From Antedon mediterranea (taxonomy: Eukaryota; Animalia; Echinodermata), in the NCBI RefSeq assembly GCF_964355755.1, contig NC_092675.1:28120912-28184911 (forward strand): 64,000 bases of DNA. The letters run 5' to 3'. Shown here in pieces: positions 27,101 through 39,437 of the stretch. The number at the start of each line of letters is the position of its first letter. Positions within the stretch are counted from its first letter, which is position 1. Both the position numbers and the translations under genes were made by a program. The notes under the pieces are model-generated. The model did no database searches. It was not told where the DNA came from and saw only the letters and a list, made by a program, of their open reading frames with translations.

Positions 27101-30100
27101 TTTCATCTATTTTTGTGTAAATCTAATGAAAAATACAATGACAAGCAAATATAAAATAATGCAATTCCCCAGAAGAAATTACATCCAATTGTGATCTGGC
27201 AATTTTTTTTTTTGGCACTATAATCCTTTTTTGTTTGATATAACCACAATTTTATTTCACAAAAAACAAAAGCGTAAAAAATAATCATGTAGCGACTTTT
27301 CTCGCTTAGCGTCTGGCATGGGATGACCTCGATAAGTCTAGTAATCTTTTTCAATAAGGAATTCATGTTTAGGTAATCGCAGTGCTTAAGTTTGTCTGAA
27401 AATTTGTTTGACCTTTTAGAGTACATGCACTGAATTTGAGAGATATTTGGTAATATTTTGAATAGCTTTCATAGCTGTAATACACCTTAATGCTGTAGTT
27501 CTGTAACTAATTATCACAATCACCTCTGAAAGATGTGTTGTAGTATGGTAAACAAGTGTAGGCCTACATTTTTACCAAGTTTATTTTATTGCTGTACTCT
27601 TTTTTTAAAAACTCAATGACATATACATTTACACTAACAATGAACTTTTCCATGTATGTTTGTTTATATAGTGTGCTCCCTATACTGTACAAAGCTTTTA
27701 TTTTGAGTCTGTTTTGTTTTAACCCGCTTGCACATTACTAAAGACATTCTTTTCTTTTCATTGACTTAATTTTACAAACTAATTGTTAATTAATGTAAAC
27801 CTTATTGTATGTGTGTATTACTGTAAAGTAACCCAAAAAACCTGATGGGGTAAACCACAATAGCAGAGATATTACTGTACCTTTATAGGTCCATGATATA
27901 ATATTGAACCTCAAATCAGAAACTTGTTTAAAATGTCAACAATAAACTATAGAGGGTGCTCTTGTGAAAAGACTTGTTTGGTACAGTATTTTATATCAAG
28001 AAAGATAATCGCACTGCTATACCCAGCACAAATGTTTTAATAATATATTTAACTGCTAATATGAATTTCTTGTAACATGTTAGAATCCTGAGTAACTAAA
28101 GTTTCACACATATAAACATTTAAGATGGGAGGTAATATAAATATTTTAAAAAGCAGGTTTTTTTTGTGAGTGACCATTGTTGTGCTACTAACCTGTTTTG
28201 ATTGCTCTATGGACATTGATTGCATTGGACATTAGAACTGGACTCTTGTCCATGTCAATACTTGTATCGTTATCACTGTCTTCGATTGATGAACCAGAAA
28301 ATAGATCTTTTTCTCGTTGTCTTGTTCCTAAAAATTAAAAAAAAAATGATAAAGTAATCTTGTTTAGACTTCCGAAATTAAAAAGATAAAAGAAAAAAAT
28401 ACAATAACAGGTAGTCTAGAAGAGTTATTTGCTATAGTATTTATGAACATATATTTAAGTATATTATGCTATACCATGTTGCTTTGTTTTTCTGTGTGTT
28501 TTCTTGTTTCTTTTTGTATTTTTTAAGCTACTTGTGAAACTGTGACTTCCACTTTCTAATTTGCTTATGGAATCTTGCAAGCGCTCCATCTCCGACCTAT
28601 GAAAGCAAATGAAAATAATGGTATGAATTAAGATTCAAAGATTCTATAAAGCTATCATACCACTCAATTTATTCAACAGTACTGCAAACAAATTTTTAAT
28701 AGAAAACAACTAAAAAGAAAAACAAAATTAGAATGAAAGAAACAATTAACACTGTAATTGAAGATTCATAATAATATATTTTAAATTTACATGATTTTTA
28801 TGACTAAAAAAAAAACACCTTGTCAGTTGGTTGCTTTCTAAAGAAACTTCAAAGTTTATGAGCTAGCATTAGTTTTGATAAACTTTACCTTATTTGGTTT
28901 ATTTCTTGTTTTGCTTGTTGTTTTTCTCTTGTAGTTTGGCCTAGCTCACGTATATGTCTCTGTCCTGATGCTGATATCTCAGATACGCCCTACAAAAGGA
29001 ATTTGTGGAGATATTATGGGGAGAAGGGAGGCACATATTCAGATTATGATGTACATATCTTTGTCAGCAGTTTTATACGGCTATATAGTAATATTTATTA
29101 TCCTGACCATAAGTCACCTATTATGTTTTGGTTTCATTCAATAAACAATACAGTATATTGATTATTAATGAATAATTATTTAAAATATGAAAACAATTAA
29201 AATTACTTGAATATGTACAGTACTTAAATATTAAATAAGTACAGTACAATCTTTATATTTATATGAAAGAGTTGAGTGTAGTGTCAAATCGAGTGTAGTG
29301 TCAAGTTGAGGGGCCAAGCGGTTAAATGGCAGGGGTGCTGCAAACCGTAACAATACGATCGGCACAGGTTCAAGTCACTCCTTGACTATTATTGCTCAGG
29401 TGGTAGAACAAGTCTTCTCGGATAAGGACTTAAAACTGGAGACCCAGTATACTAATCTGGCTTGTATGTATCTTTCTGAAGAGTAGGGGGTTAACCCTGG
29501 TGTACTGGTCCATTCAGTCCCTGTCATTGTGGACAGACGTTTGGTGGCAACACTCGACACAAAGGGAACCTTAGAGAAGAAAGTTATTGTATGTGCTGTC
29601 CACTGTGCGCAATTCAGCTCAGTAGGCTGCGAGTCAGAGGTTATTCTCCCATTTACAAAGGTAAATCACATATACTGTAGTATATAACACTTTGGATCCA
29701 TGTACATTTAAAGAAAAGGTGTGAAGAAAAATGTGTACAATATTATGCTCAAGAAAATGTTTTATTTTATAAACAGTTTATTAAGAATTGATTAATGTTG
29801 ATTCAATGCAAGTTACATAAAACTTCATACCAGCAAATTCAATTCATATCATAATAAAACTCTTAATTTTTTCTTCATGTAATACTGATACCAAATCAAA
29901 TACTCTTCAATATAATTTGACACCATCTAGCCATCAGAATTGGTATACTGTATATTGTAAATATTCAGAATTAAAAGGTGTTTACAAATGGAATTCTAAA
30001 ATTGTTTGAAATGGTATGATGATCGTCATCATAACCAACTACGAACATTGAACATCAAAAAGGTAAGAAAAAGATAACTGAATATTAATACTGTTAACAT

Positions 30101-33100
30101 AAGTTTATTTTAAATAATAAATGTCCTTGCAATGATCCTAGGAAAGAAAGAAACTACAAAAGCTAATTAAATTTAGAATAAAATATACTAAAAGTTTAAA
30201 TGATAAATGAACTTTACCCTTTCAACTCTGTCAATTCGTCGCATCACTTCCTTGTTGTCCCCAGCTTGACCTGAGAGGTCAATCTCAATCTTAATAAGAC
30301 GAGTTCGTAAACTCTCTATGTCTCTTCTTATTGTGTTTGAATCTTCTTGTTGATAACGTTTACTAAAAAAGACAAAACATTGTTTTAGATTTTGTAGATT
30401 GTAACAGCGTTATGTTGGTACATCACAGCTAATACTAGTATAGTAAAGCCCCTCATGAACATGAACAATTCTTTTATTTTATGTCTTTGGCACATGTGGC
30501 CATGGATTACCTTTAGTGAGTTAATCACTGTCCTATCAGATAGGCTGTAATCCCCTGATACAGGGGCTATTTTGTGAACCAGTTCACCAGGGTAACCCCC
30601 TACTCATCTCAAATGATGAACTGGGTTCTTTTAAAGTGCACACAGGTTTAACTGTGTACACTGTTTTTAAAAATTTTGTTTTACATGATTATTTATTTCA
30701 GAATTATCGTGTAATGTTTCTTTCATATTAATTAATGTAATAATCTCAACCACTTATTTCATATCAACAATTTAGGGTTTAGTGTAAATATTTCCCTCAA
30801 GGGTAATTAATGTTGATTGTTTGGCGTCTACGGATTAAAATGAATGTTATCATTAGTATCAATGTGTAATTTCATAACATAATGGCGTCATCCTTCAACA
30901 TACAGAACAATGTGAATATGTATTAAAATGGTTAAAATACTGTATTTAGTCTACATGATTTAAATATTGCGCATATATCCACTACATGTGTTTACTAATT
31001 TATTATCCATTACTAGTTTCAATTAAATTACAATATTAAATTATGATGGCTGGACAAATAAAATTTGGTTAAAAAAACAATGTAAGGTAGCTTACCAAAT
31101 GGAACTATATTTTGTAGCAATGTAAAAACAACATAAGTTTTACTGTACAAAGACTATTTCTATACTGTTAGTAATTAATCGGCCAGAAAGCAATATAAAA
31201 ATTAAGGTCATTATCATCAATTTATATCACAAAAGATAATAACAAACACCTTCAATTAACTTCAAAGCCTATTAATGATACCTGAAACCTAAATTAGTGA
31301 AGCAGCTTTCATTAGCTGTTCCCATAGGAGCAACTGAATTGATGATCAACTAACCAGTCAGTAACATCTCTCATTAGGTTCATAGCAATATCATCATTGA
31401 CTGCTACCGTATCTTTACTCTGCATTTTCACTTGTGTTTGAAGGTCTCCAAGTTCAAACTTCATTTCTCGTTGTAAGTTTTGCAACTTCATTTCGGTTTC
31501 TAGGTCAACACCTTTTTCCGCTAGACGTCGATTCACCATTGAAAGGTCGCTTTGTAACTGTTTAACCTGGTTGTTGGAACGTTCACGGTCATTTTCAAGC
31601 GATTTAACCTGCAATGCTAATGTCTGGATCATCTACAATGAAAACCAAATATTCAAAGGCTGGTATCTTTATTTTCTATTTCTATGGAACCACTTGCGTG
31701 ACGGAGAAAGTAAAGTGTGGTAATAGGTCACATCTTAACACAGTTCTCCCCAAATATCAAGTGGTCTTTAGATTACAGTTAGCTATTTGAGAAAAACAAT
31801 GCATTGTAAATTTCATTTAAATGGGGTCATTAAATTGCTCTATAAATTAAAAAGAAATATTTTATTATTGCTGTCAATATTGCATTTTTCATTGACCTAT
31901 GTCAAAGGTCAAATGCTCAAAAAGTGCAATTCAGTGACCCCTAAAGTAAACCCCACATATACGGGCCTCATGTCCTGGGACAGTAAATTACCCCATATGG
32001 GATACAGGCCACGTCTTCAAAGGGTTAAGTTTTAAACAGAAAGGTGTAAATTGTAATTGTTTAAATTCATTAAAATATTTAATGCCCAATATGGGAATCG
32101 AATACATAACATGAGAAAAATATGTCAGAGCAGGACAAACATCTGATCAATTAACTTACAGTAGCTCTGTCTCTCTCGCAAGTATTTATACAACTATCAT
32201 GAGAAAAAAAGGTCATTTTTATATTAAATGTCTCCAAATTTTTACAATTTATTCTGTTATCCACCACCAACCTTGTTTTGGTTTTCAATTTTTTCACTAA
32301 GCAACGCAACTAATCCAGGAGTGTTGTCTGTTAAATTTAAACCATCAGTCGGCCGGTAACTTGTGAGCGATGAGTTTAGATGAGCATCGATGTAGTTTGA
32401 TGGAGAGGATGGACTATATGGATCACGCCTTCCACGATAAGATCCTAATAATCAAAACAAAATGACTATTATTAATAATACAGTCACCCCTCCAAATAAT
32501 GGACTCTCTGAAAACCAGAAACTATTCCAGACTTCTTGTGTTTTCCAAAAGTTTTAAATTATTTAAACACATTAAAAAATTATATACTATAGTTATACAC
32601 ATACTGTAATATGCCAGCTTATGGATGTCTGCTGGTATCGGGAGAATTGACTGTATCTGCCGGTTTTTAACCGTTATGCAAAATAATCAGTTTAGCATTT
32701 CTCGCACTTAAACCGGTTACACAACCGGTTCTGTCAATCAGGCACTGCATGCTTTAGAATACTGTACTAGATTGCAATTAGGAGTCAAGTATTTATATGT
32801 ATGTACATACTTATTTCATACAACACAATATTACATAAAACAAAAATATGTACAAATGGATGAGGATGAGCAAATAAAAGGCAATTTAATGCTAAATAAA
32901 CTATCTTTTGAAGTTTCTTTACAGCAAATGTGCAAAATATAGAGTTGTTACTGTATCCAAGGTTTAAAACCTCTATGCTGTATAAATTATACGCATTCAA
33001 CAATCCCTTGTCCCTTGATGTATTATTACTTTACCTGACGAGTGTTGAGGCTTGGACCGTCGACTTTCTTTAAACGAATTGTATACACCATGATGAGATG

Positions 33101-33766
33101 AACTATCCAAACGATTCTAATACAACAAAATAAACAATTAATTAATAAACAATTACGTTCTCGGCTTGGAATCAGGTTTCTCAGCCTACTGTAGGGCTAC
33201 GCAAATGATTATTTATATTTTTTTTAATAATATACTTCCATAACTCCTCCACACTTTTGCCTAGCTAGTAGGCTAGTACATAGTACGTAGGAAACAGACA
33301 GTTTCGCACCTAAATAAAATAAACTGGGCATAGGCCTAAGTAAGACTTCACGGTCACTCACCATCATCACAGCGCGGCGTGTGAATGTGAATTGGTGAAT
33401 GTTTTTAAATTGGGTAAGGTCGAGAGATTGTGGTGCAGTAACACCACCAGGCCTCCTAGCTCTTTTTAGGCCTAGGTAGTAGTAGTAGTAGACCTAGTCC
33501 ATCTGTCATTTGCTTAGGCCTGGGCCCTAGCTACCTAGGCTAGTAGCTACCCAGCAGAGTGAAGAGAGGGTAGAACAAGACTAGGGTAGAGGCCTCTATT
33601 TCTAGGCCTAGAAATAGAGGCCTAGCCTAGCTAGTTTAGTTAGTAGCTAGGCCTAGGCTAGATAAATACAGTCGTGTAGTCTTCAACGACATACTCTAAC
33701 TTTGCTTAAGTTTGCCTCCGTCTCTCTGACTATATCTGAAAATCTATTCTCCCATTCTCTTGGCAT
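24172..33766 (-). CDS. Coiled-coil protein with acidic C-terminal tail, uncharacterised (possibly CCDC159-like); complement join(33695..33766,33035..33116,32272..32444,31355..31632,30218..30362,28889..28989,28475..28596,28193..28327,24172..24314), 416 aa
   Basis: Nine exons with canonical splice sites chain in a consistent phase from MPREWENRFSDIVRETEANLSKVR through heptad-rich segments (MIQTLALQVKSLENDRERSNNQVKQLQSDL; IRRDIESLRTRLIKIE) to ...EEDDDDDDLLSSPSLTSLDIEDDLF*. Confidence 0.82.
25282..25458. mobile_element. hAT-superfamily MITE
   Basis: TIR CAGTGGCGTAA / TTACGCCACTG with a perfect 8-bp TSD GGAATGAC (25274-25281, 25459-25466). Confidence 0.9.
25610..25733. mobile_element. Tourist-like MITE family A (3' truncated)
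   Basis: AGCTCTGTCTACACTATCAAACT start followed by the family's internal repeats; the right TIR is missing. Confidence 0.72.
29306..29650 (+). mobile_element. tRNA-derived SINE with Deu/Nin-type domain
   Basis: GGCCAAGCGG / GGTTCAAGTC boxes, then TCTCGGATAAGGACTTAAAAC...GAAGAGTAGGGGGTTAACCCTGGTGTACTGG. Confidence 0.7.
32481..32653. mobile_element. Tc1/mariner (pogo/Tigger-like) MITE
   Basis: TA|CAGTCACCCCTCC ... GGAGAATTGACTG|TA: an imperfect 13-bp TIR with TA TSD. Confidence 0.6.
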
Positions 33767-34769
33767 ATTTAATGATCAAAACTTCAATTCTCTCACACGA
33801 AAGTGAAGCGTTATGTTGCGAAGGTAATGAAAATCGGTGATAAAAATAATAAACGGTAATCGACTATAGAGGGCGCAGGGTTAAAATAAGGTTCAGAGCC
33901 ATCAAATATTATTTGATATATCGCATAATATATATAGATATGTCATCAGGTAAAGTAAACAGATTGAAAACACAACAAATTTATTAAAATTTCTCACAGG
34001 GTGATGATAGAGATGACTATATAGGCCTAGTCTTCTTGAATTAACAAGCCTATGGTGAGAACAAAATATAAATTTATCTTAAAGATAAAATATTTAAAAA
34101 TATCATAATTTAAAATAGTAAAGATCGATATACAATATATATATATGGCTCTGATAGGGTTCAGTTTCAGAACTATGTAGTAATTGTATTCATTAGGCTT
34201 AGATGGTATATTGACATAAAATGCAAAATTTAGATCCATTGAGCGAAGAATGTTACCTAAGCGAAGTTTGTGGGTCCGAGTAGTTCCACACGATACTTTT
34301 TTTTTTCAAAAAGCTCAGGGTATCCAGTAGGCTCCTATCTTAACCAAGATAACCCACAACATAGGACTTTTCGTAAATAATATCATCACTAAATATGCAA
34401 AGTATAATAACCAAGATAACTACAATATATAAATTGTTGTAAATAATTGCTTAATATGCAAAGTATCATTTTATTTTCACTCGATGCTTTTATTAAACGG
34501 ATGTAGTAATTAGACTGGTATTAAACGTCCATGAAGGTTAAAGTATCTCAATATATATCACTAAGTTTAATACTTGATAATGGGTTTCATGGAGTTTTAT
34601 GAATAATTCATGTCTTTTTCATTAAAATAGTTTAATAAATACGTGATTGCTTGTCCTTTTAATTACTTGACAGTATATTAAACGTAGGTACATAAATTTA
34701 ATACATTTATTCATTTTATCACTCAATGAGCGTCGATGAGACTGAAGCTGATCATCAAAAGTCATCAAC

Positions 34770-37700
34770 ATGAAGTGGTGGATTTTCTTCTGTTGTTTTG
34801 TTTTTCTCATAGACTTTGGAAATTCACAAAACGGTAAGCCCAATACCAATGTTTATCTTCAACTTTTAGAGCAACTTTTAAAATTTGTTTGAAATAAAAA
34901 CTTCTCGGTGCTACATGGTTTTGTGGTGCTATAAAGATAACCGTAAGATTACCGTTTTTTTATTTTATACTTCTAATTTCACTACTAATCCCGTCAACTG
35001 CGTAGGCTTAATTACAAGTATTTTCTGGAAAAATTGATTGTTCTTTGGATTTATTTACTTTATATTATGCTTTAAATATACATAAATCAGAGTGAATTAC
35101 AACTTTTAGCACTAGAAAGGTTCTATAACCATCACTTTTAAAAAAGGACTTTTATTGTACGTGCTAGTTCTGTTGAACCACTGTCGGAAGAGGTTACGAT
35201 AAATGCATGTTTTATATTTGATAGATATTTGAAAGGAAGAAGAATGCCATTTGACCATTTTACTTATTGGTCTATTTCGCTATAAATATTGTTTTCATAT
35301 TTAAAAGACAAACAATATAAATATGATTTGGAATTTAAAAGTCTTACTAAATGTCCAGTGGGTGTTCTTAATAAATCGTGGAAAAAGAAAAGCATGGATT
35401 AATCTTCCAATATAACAAGTTAATTAAACAATTTTTTTTTAATGTAATCTTTTTATTTAATTTTCTCCATTTTTCCTGTTTACTGGACAATTGTTAGCTA
35501 TTTTTTCCTCTTTGCAATGTTTTTGTATACCTTTTTAAAAATGTTATTTGATTCACTGTGATGGAAAGTTATCACACAAAGCACCGTATAAATAAACGTT
35601 TTTATCAATAATTGTCTTATTGCTTATAGAAATACAATGTTCTTTGAATTCTAAATTACTTAATGCAAAGTAAAAATAATGTCGTAAGATGATTTAACTT
35701 TTACAGTTTCAAGAGAATTCCCGCCTCAAGTACTTGAAGAAAAATATTTGAACTCTTGCAGAAATCGCTGTCAGACATCTTCGACGTTTAGTGAGTGCGC
35801 CTGTGATGATTCGTGCCTATTCTATGGCGACTGTTGCAGAGACTATTTATACTACTGTGGCGATGATTACAAATTCAAGACAATGGAATCGTCTTTCAAA
35901 AATCAACTCGCAATTTCAGCAGATCCAACAAAACCTCGATGGAATTGTGTCAATGATCCCGAGGGCATTCAGCCATCTTTTGAAGGAATATTAGTCGTAG
36001 TCACTTGCCCGCCGATTTGGACTATTGAAGACATCAGACGGAAATGCGAAGAAGGAAGACTTTACGTAGCAACGGAAGATTTGGTATATGATTCCAGAGG
36101 TTATGTGTACGTAAACCAATTCTGTGCCATTTGTAATATGGATACTGCATTTAGGAGCAACAGTACGCTGAACATTAATGGCACATTTAACAGCCTATTA
36201 AACACGACAGAGTTTGTGGTTGAAGGAATCAGCGCAGAAGCTACCCAGTTGCGGCAATGCCCTTTATTTCTTGACGATACTTGTCTTCCGAACCATCCAG
36301 ACAGTGTGGTGGTGTTTGGTTGTACTGCTTTTTTGGAAGGTTTCTTATGGTATAAAAATTACATGTGTGAACAATGTAATGCATTTGTTATAGGTAAATC
36401 ATAAATAATATTTGACAGATATTTTAAACCCGAAAGTACTCTTTAATAATGCCATTTGACCAGTTTACTTATTGGTCTATTTCATTATTAATATTATTTT
36501 GATATTTAAAAGACAAGCAATATAAATGATTTGGAATTTAACAAAGGCTGCAGTCGCGTGCGCAAATTTGAGTTAGTGTTTACCGACCGACCGACCTACC
36601 GACAAACTGACCGACATTGTAAGCTACAGAGTCGCGTTGCACGACGCGACTAAAAACCTTACTAAATGCCGAGTGGGTGTTTTCACTAAATCGTGCAAAA
36701 GGCCTGGATTAATCTTCCAAACAATATAACAAGTTTAAACAAAAAAAAACTTATTTATTTTTCTCCATTTTTAGTCGCGTGTTAGTCGCGTGCAAACGCG
36801 ACTCTAATAGCTCTCTATGTTGGTCGGTTGGTCGGTCGATCGGTAAACACTAACACAAATTTGCGCACGCGACTGCAGTCATGTATGGCCTTGTTCCAAT
36901 TATGTCATCTGTTATCCACTGTGTATGGAAAGTTATCACATAAAGCACAGAAATAAATCACTTGTATATTGCTTAGAAAAATACAATATGTTTTTAAAAT
37001 TCTAAATCAAGTAAAAATAATGTCGTAGGATGATTTTAAATTTTACAGATTCAAGAGAATTCCCGCCTCAAGTAATTGAGGAAAGAATTAGGAACTCTTG
37101 CAGAAATCGCTGTCAGACATCTTCGACCTTTGTAAGTGAGTGCGCATGTGATGATTTGTGTCTATTCTATGGCGACTGTTGCAGAGACTACTTATACTGC
37201 TGTGGTAATGATTACAAATTCAAGACAATGGAATCGTCTTTCAAAAAACAACTCGCAATTTCAGCAGATACAACAAAACCTCGATGGAATTGTGTCAATG
37301 ATCCCGAAGGCATTCAACCTTCGTTTGAAGGAATATTAGTCGTAGTCACTTGCCCGCCGATTTGGACTATTGAAGACATCAGACGGAAATGCGAAGAAGG
37401 AAGACTTAACGTAGCAACGGAAGATTTGGTATATGATTCCAGAGGTTATGTGTACGTCAACCAATTCTGTGCCATTTGTAATATGGATACTACGTCCAGT
37501 AGCAACAGTACGCTGAACATTAATGGCACATTTAACAGCTTATTAAACACGACAGAGTTTGTGGTTGAAGGAATCATCACAGAAGCTATCCAGTTGCGGC
37601 AGTGCCCTTTATTTCTTGATGATACTTGTCTTCCGAACCATCCAGACAGTCTGGTGGTGTTTGGTTGTACTGCTTTTTTGGAAGGCTTCTTTAGTAACAA

Positions 37701-39437
37701 TGGAGCGTATAAAAATTACATGTGTGAACAGTGTAATATATTATTGATTACAAGTGAATCAGTATGGCGTGATGATACAACTAATAGTATTATTGGTTGG
37801 TCGCCGCCAATAATTGAAATATTTTACTTACCACCGAAATTAGAAATAATTGAAGTGCAAAAGTGTAATGTAAATGAGTTTTATGACGACAGTATTCAAC
37901 GATGTCAGAATTGTGAAAATGGAACAATCATTACAGAGTCTGAATACCTTTCTGCTCAAAATGCATTGGACATCACACTACTTGTAGACTCACGTGACGA
38001 CGATGGCAGTGGTTATAATTCTGTAACCAGCAGAGAAGAACCAAGAGATAGTAACGATGGCAGAGCACCATCTTCTGCCGACACATTTGTTTGCATCACA
38101 TCTTGTAATGTCATTGAACAAGATGGTACAGAGAATCAACCTACTGAAGACGACGGTTGGATTACCTTGTCAACAAACGGTTCAAAACTTTCGTGCCGCA
38201 TTTTAAAGAACGATCTTGTTAATGTGACAACTGGACGTCTGTTTTCATATGACAGCACGATGACTGTTCTGAACATATTAGTTTGTGTAATATCATTAAT
38301 AGCGCTATTTGTGTCCATTTTAACTTTATGTTGTTTTCGTTCATTACTTAATCTACCCGGTATCTGTCGTCTTTGCCTCATGATATCAATTTTCTTTGCA
38401 CAGTTTATAATGCTAACTATTGCCTACATAACTAAACCACGACAACTCTGTACTGGGACAGCCGTTGTAATGCACTTCTTCTGGCTAGCCCTTTTTTCAT
38501 GGAGCAATGTTCTAGCATTTGATTTAGCACGAGTGTTTGGAACTCAGTCATCAAGACCTAGTACGTCGAAGAAACGACGTCTGCTTGGCTTGTATGTGCT
38601 TTATGGCTGGGGACTTCCTCTGATCATTGCAACATTGTCCACCGGCCTTCATTTTAGCGGTAAATTTGATTTTAGTTACGGAGGAGAGACATTTTGTTGG
38701 TTTTCGGATAGACACTCACTCCTACTCGGCTTTGGTATTCCCGTATCAATTTGTATTGCTTTGAATTGTGTTTTATATTTGATAACTGTTGTCGGAATTT
38801 GGAAGGTTCACAGAGTTACCGAATTTGCTGTTCAAGAGAATCAAAGAAGAAACAAACGAAAGGATGAACTCAAACTATATATTAAGGTACGTATACATAA
38901 TTATTGTATTTTTGTTGATTGAACAAATGCGTTGTTTGATAGCCTTGATTGAACGCATTCAAATTTTAGGGACCAACTGACTGACTGCCTTGATGCCTTG
39001 GTTGCTAAATGTAGACTTAAACAGACAACTTATTGACTTGACGTAGTCGACTATCGTGGACATTGTCTTTCTGGAAATTCTTAACAAAGTCTGCGTCTGT
39101 ATATAGAAAATAGAATAAAAAATAGATGAATAAAATTAAATTGAAAAATATAGAGAAGGAATTGATACTGCTACATATTGTGATATTCAAATTTCATTCA
39201 TTAATTCAGTTATCTATTTTAATGGGAGTGACGTGGAGTTTGGTATTCATCACTGTATATACCGATGAACCTGTTCTCTGGTACATCTTCATAATCCTCA
39301 ACGGACTACAAGGATTTTTTATATTTATTGCGTTCACGTGTAATCATCAAACGCTGGCTATGTGGAGAGGGGCGTATACTACACACATTGCATCACATTC
39401 AAGTTCTCGACAGTTGACGAAAAGCACGTCAGTATAA
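34770..39437 (+). CDS. Methuselah-like / secretin-family (7tm_2) GPCR with two tandem somatomedin-B-containing Cys-rich ectodomain modules; join(34770..34833,35707..36393,37049..38886,39210..39437), 938 aa (709 aa if 35707..36393 is skipped)
   Basis: Signal-peptide exon MKWWIFFCCFVFLIDFGNSQN|gtaagc (phase 1). SMB motif SCRNRC..CACDD.C..YGDCC.DY..C occurs twice, followed by YVNQFCAICN and YKNYMCEQCN. Class B 7TM motifs: LNLPG, HFFWLALFSWSNVLAFD, YGWGLP, CWF, LMGVTW, LNGLQGFFIFIAF. No GPS/GAIN motif is visible before TM1. AATAAA at 39776. Confidence 0.88.
36540..36656 (-). mobile_element. Helentron/DINE-like non-autonomous element, copy 1
   Basis: Reverse complement of TTTTTAGTCGCGT...(GTCG)n...GCGCACGCGACTGCAG..CCTTTGTT. 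It is absent from the paralogous intron copy near 35335 (empty site). Confidence 0.7.
36768..36895 (+). mobile_element. Helentron/DINE-like non-autonomous element, copy 2
   Basis: TTTTTAGTCGCGTG..ACGCGACT hairpin, (GGTC)n-type microsatellite, second subterminal repeat and CCTTGTT end. Inserted in a T-run; absent from the paralogous site near 35470. Confidence 0.72.

Larger units (their letters stand above)
35214..37761 (+). repeat. Tandem duplication of intron plus SMB exon (~35214-36401 and ~36408-37761)
   Basis: Both the intronic flank (AATGCCATTTGACCA.TTTACTTATTGGTCTATTTC...) and the exon are near-identical between the copies. Confidence 0.93.

Noticed and set aside
31893-31911. Nuclear-receptor element TGACCT..AGGTCA
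   Set aside because: It lies in a probable transposon remnant ending AGGG-TTAA (about 32029), so it is not treated as a host regulatory site.
35748-36404. Separate gene or pseudogene copy of the GPCR N-terminus
   Set aside because: It is bounded by a phase-1 acceptor and a phase-1 donor and fits in frame as an internal exon of the same gene.
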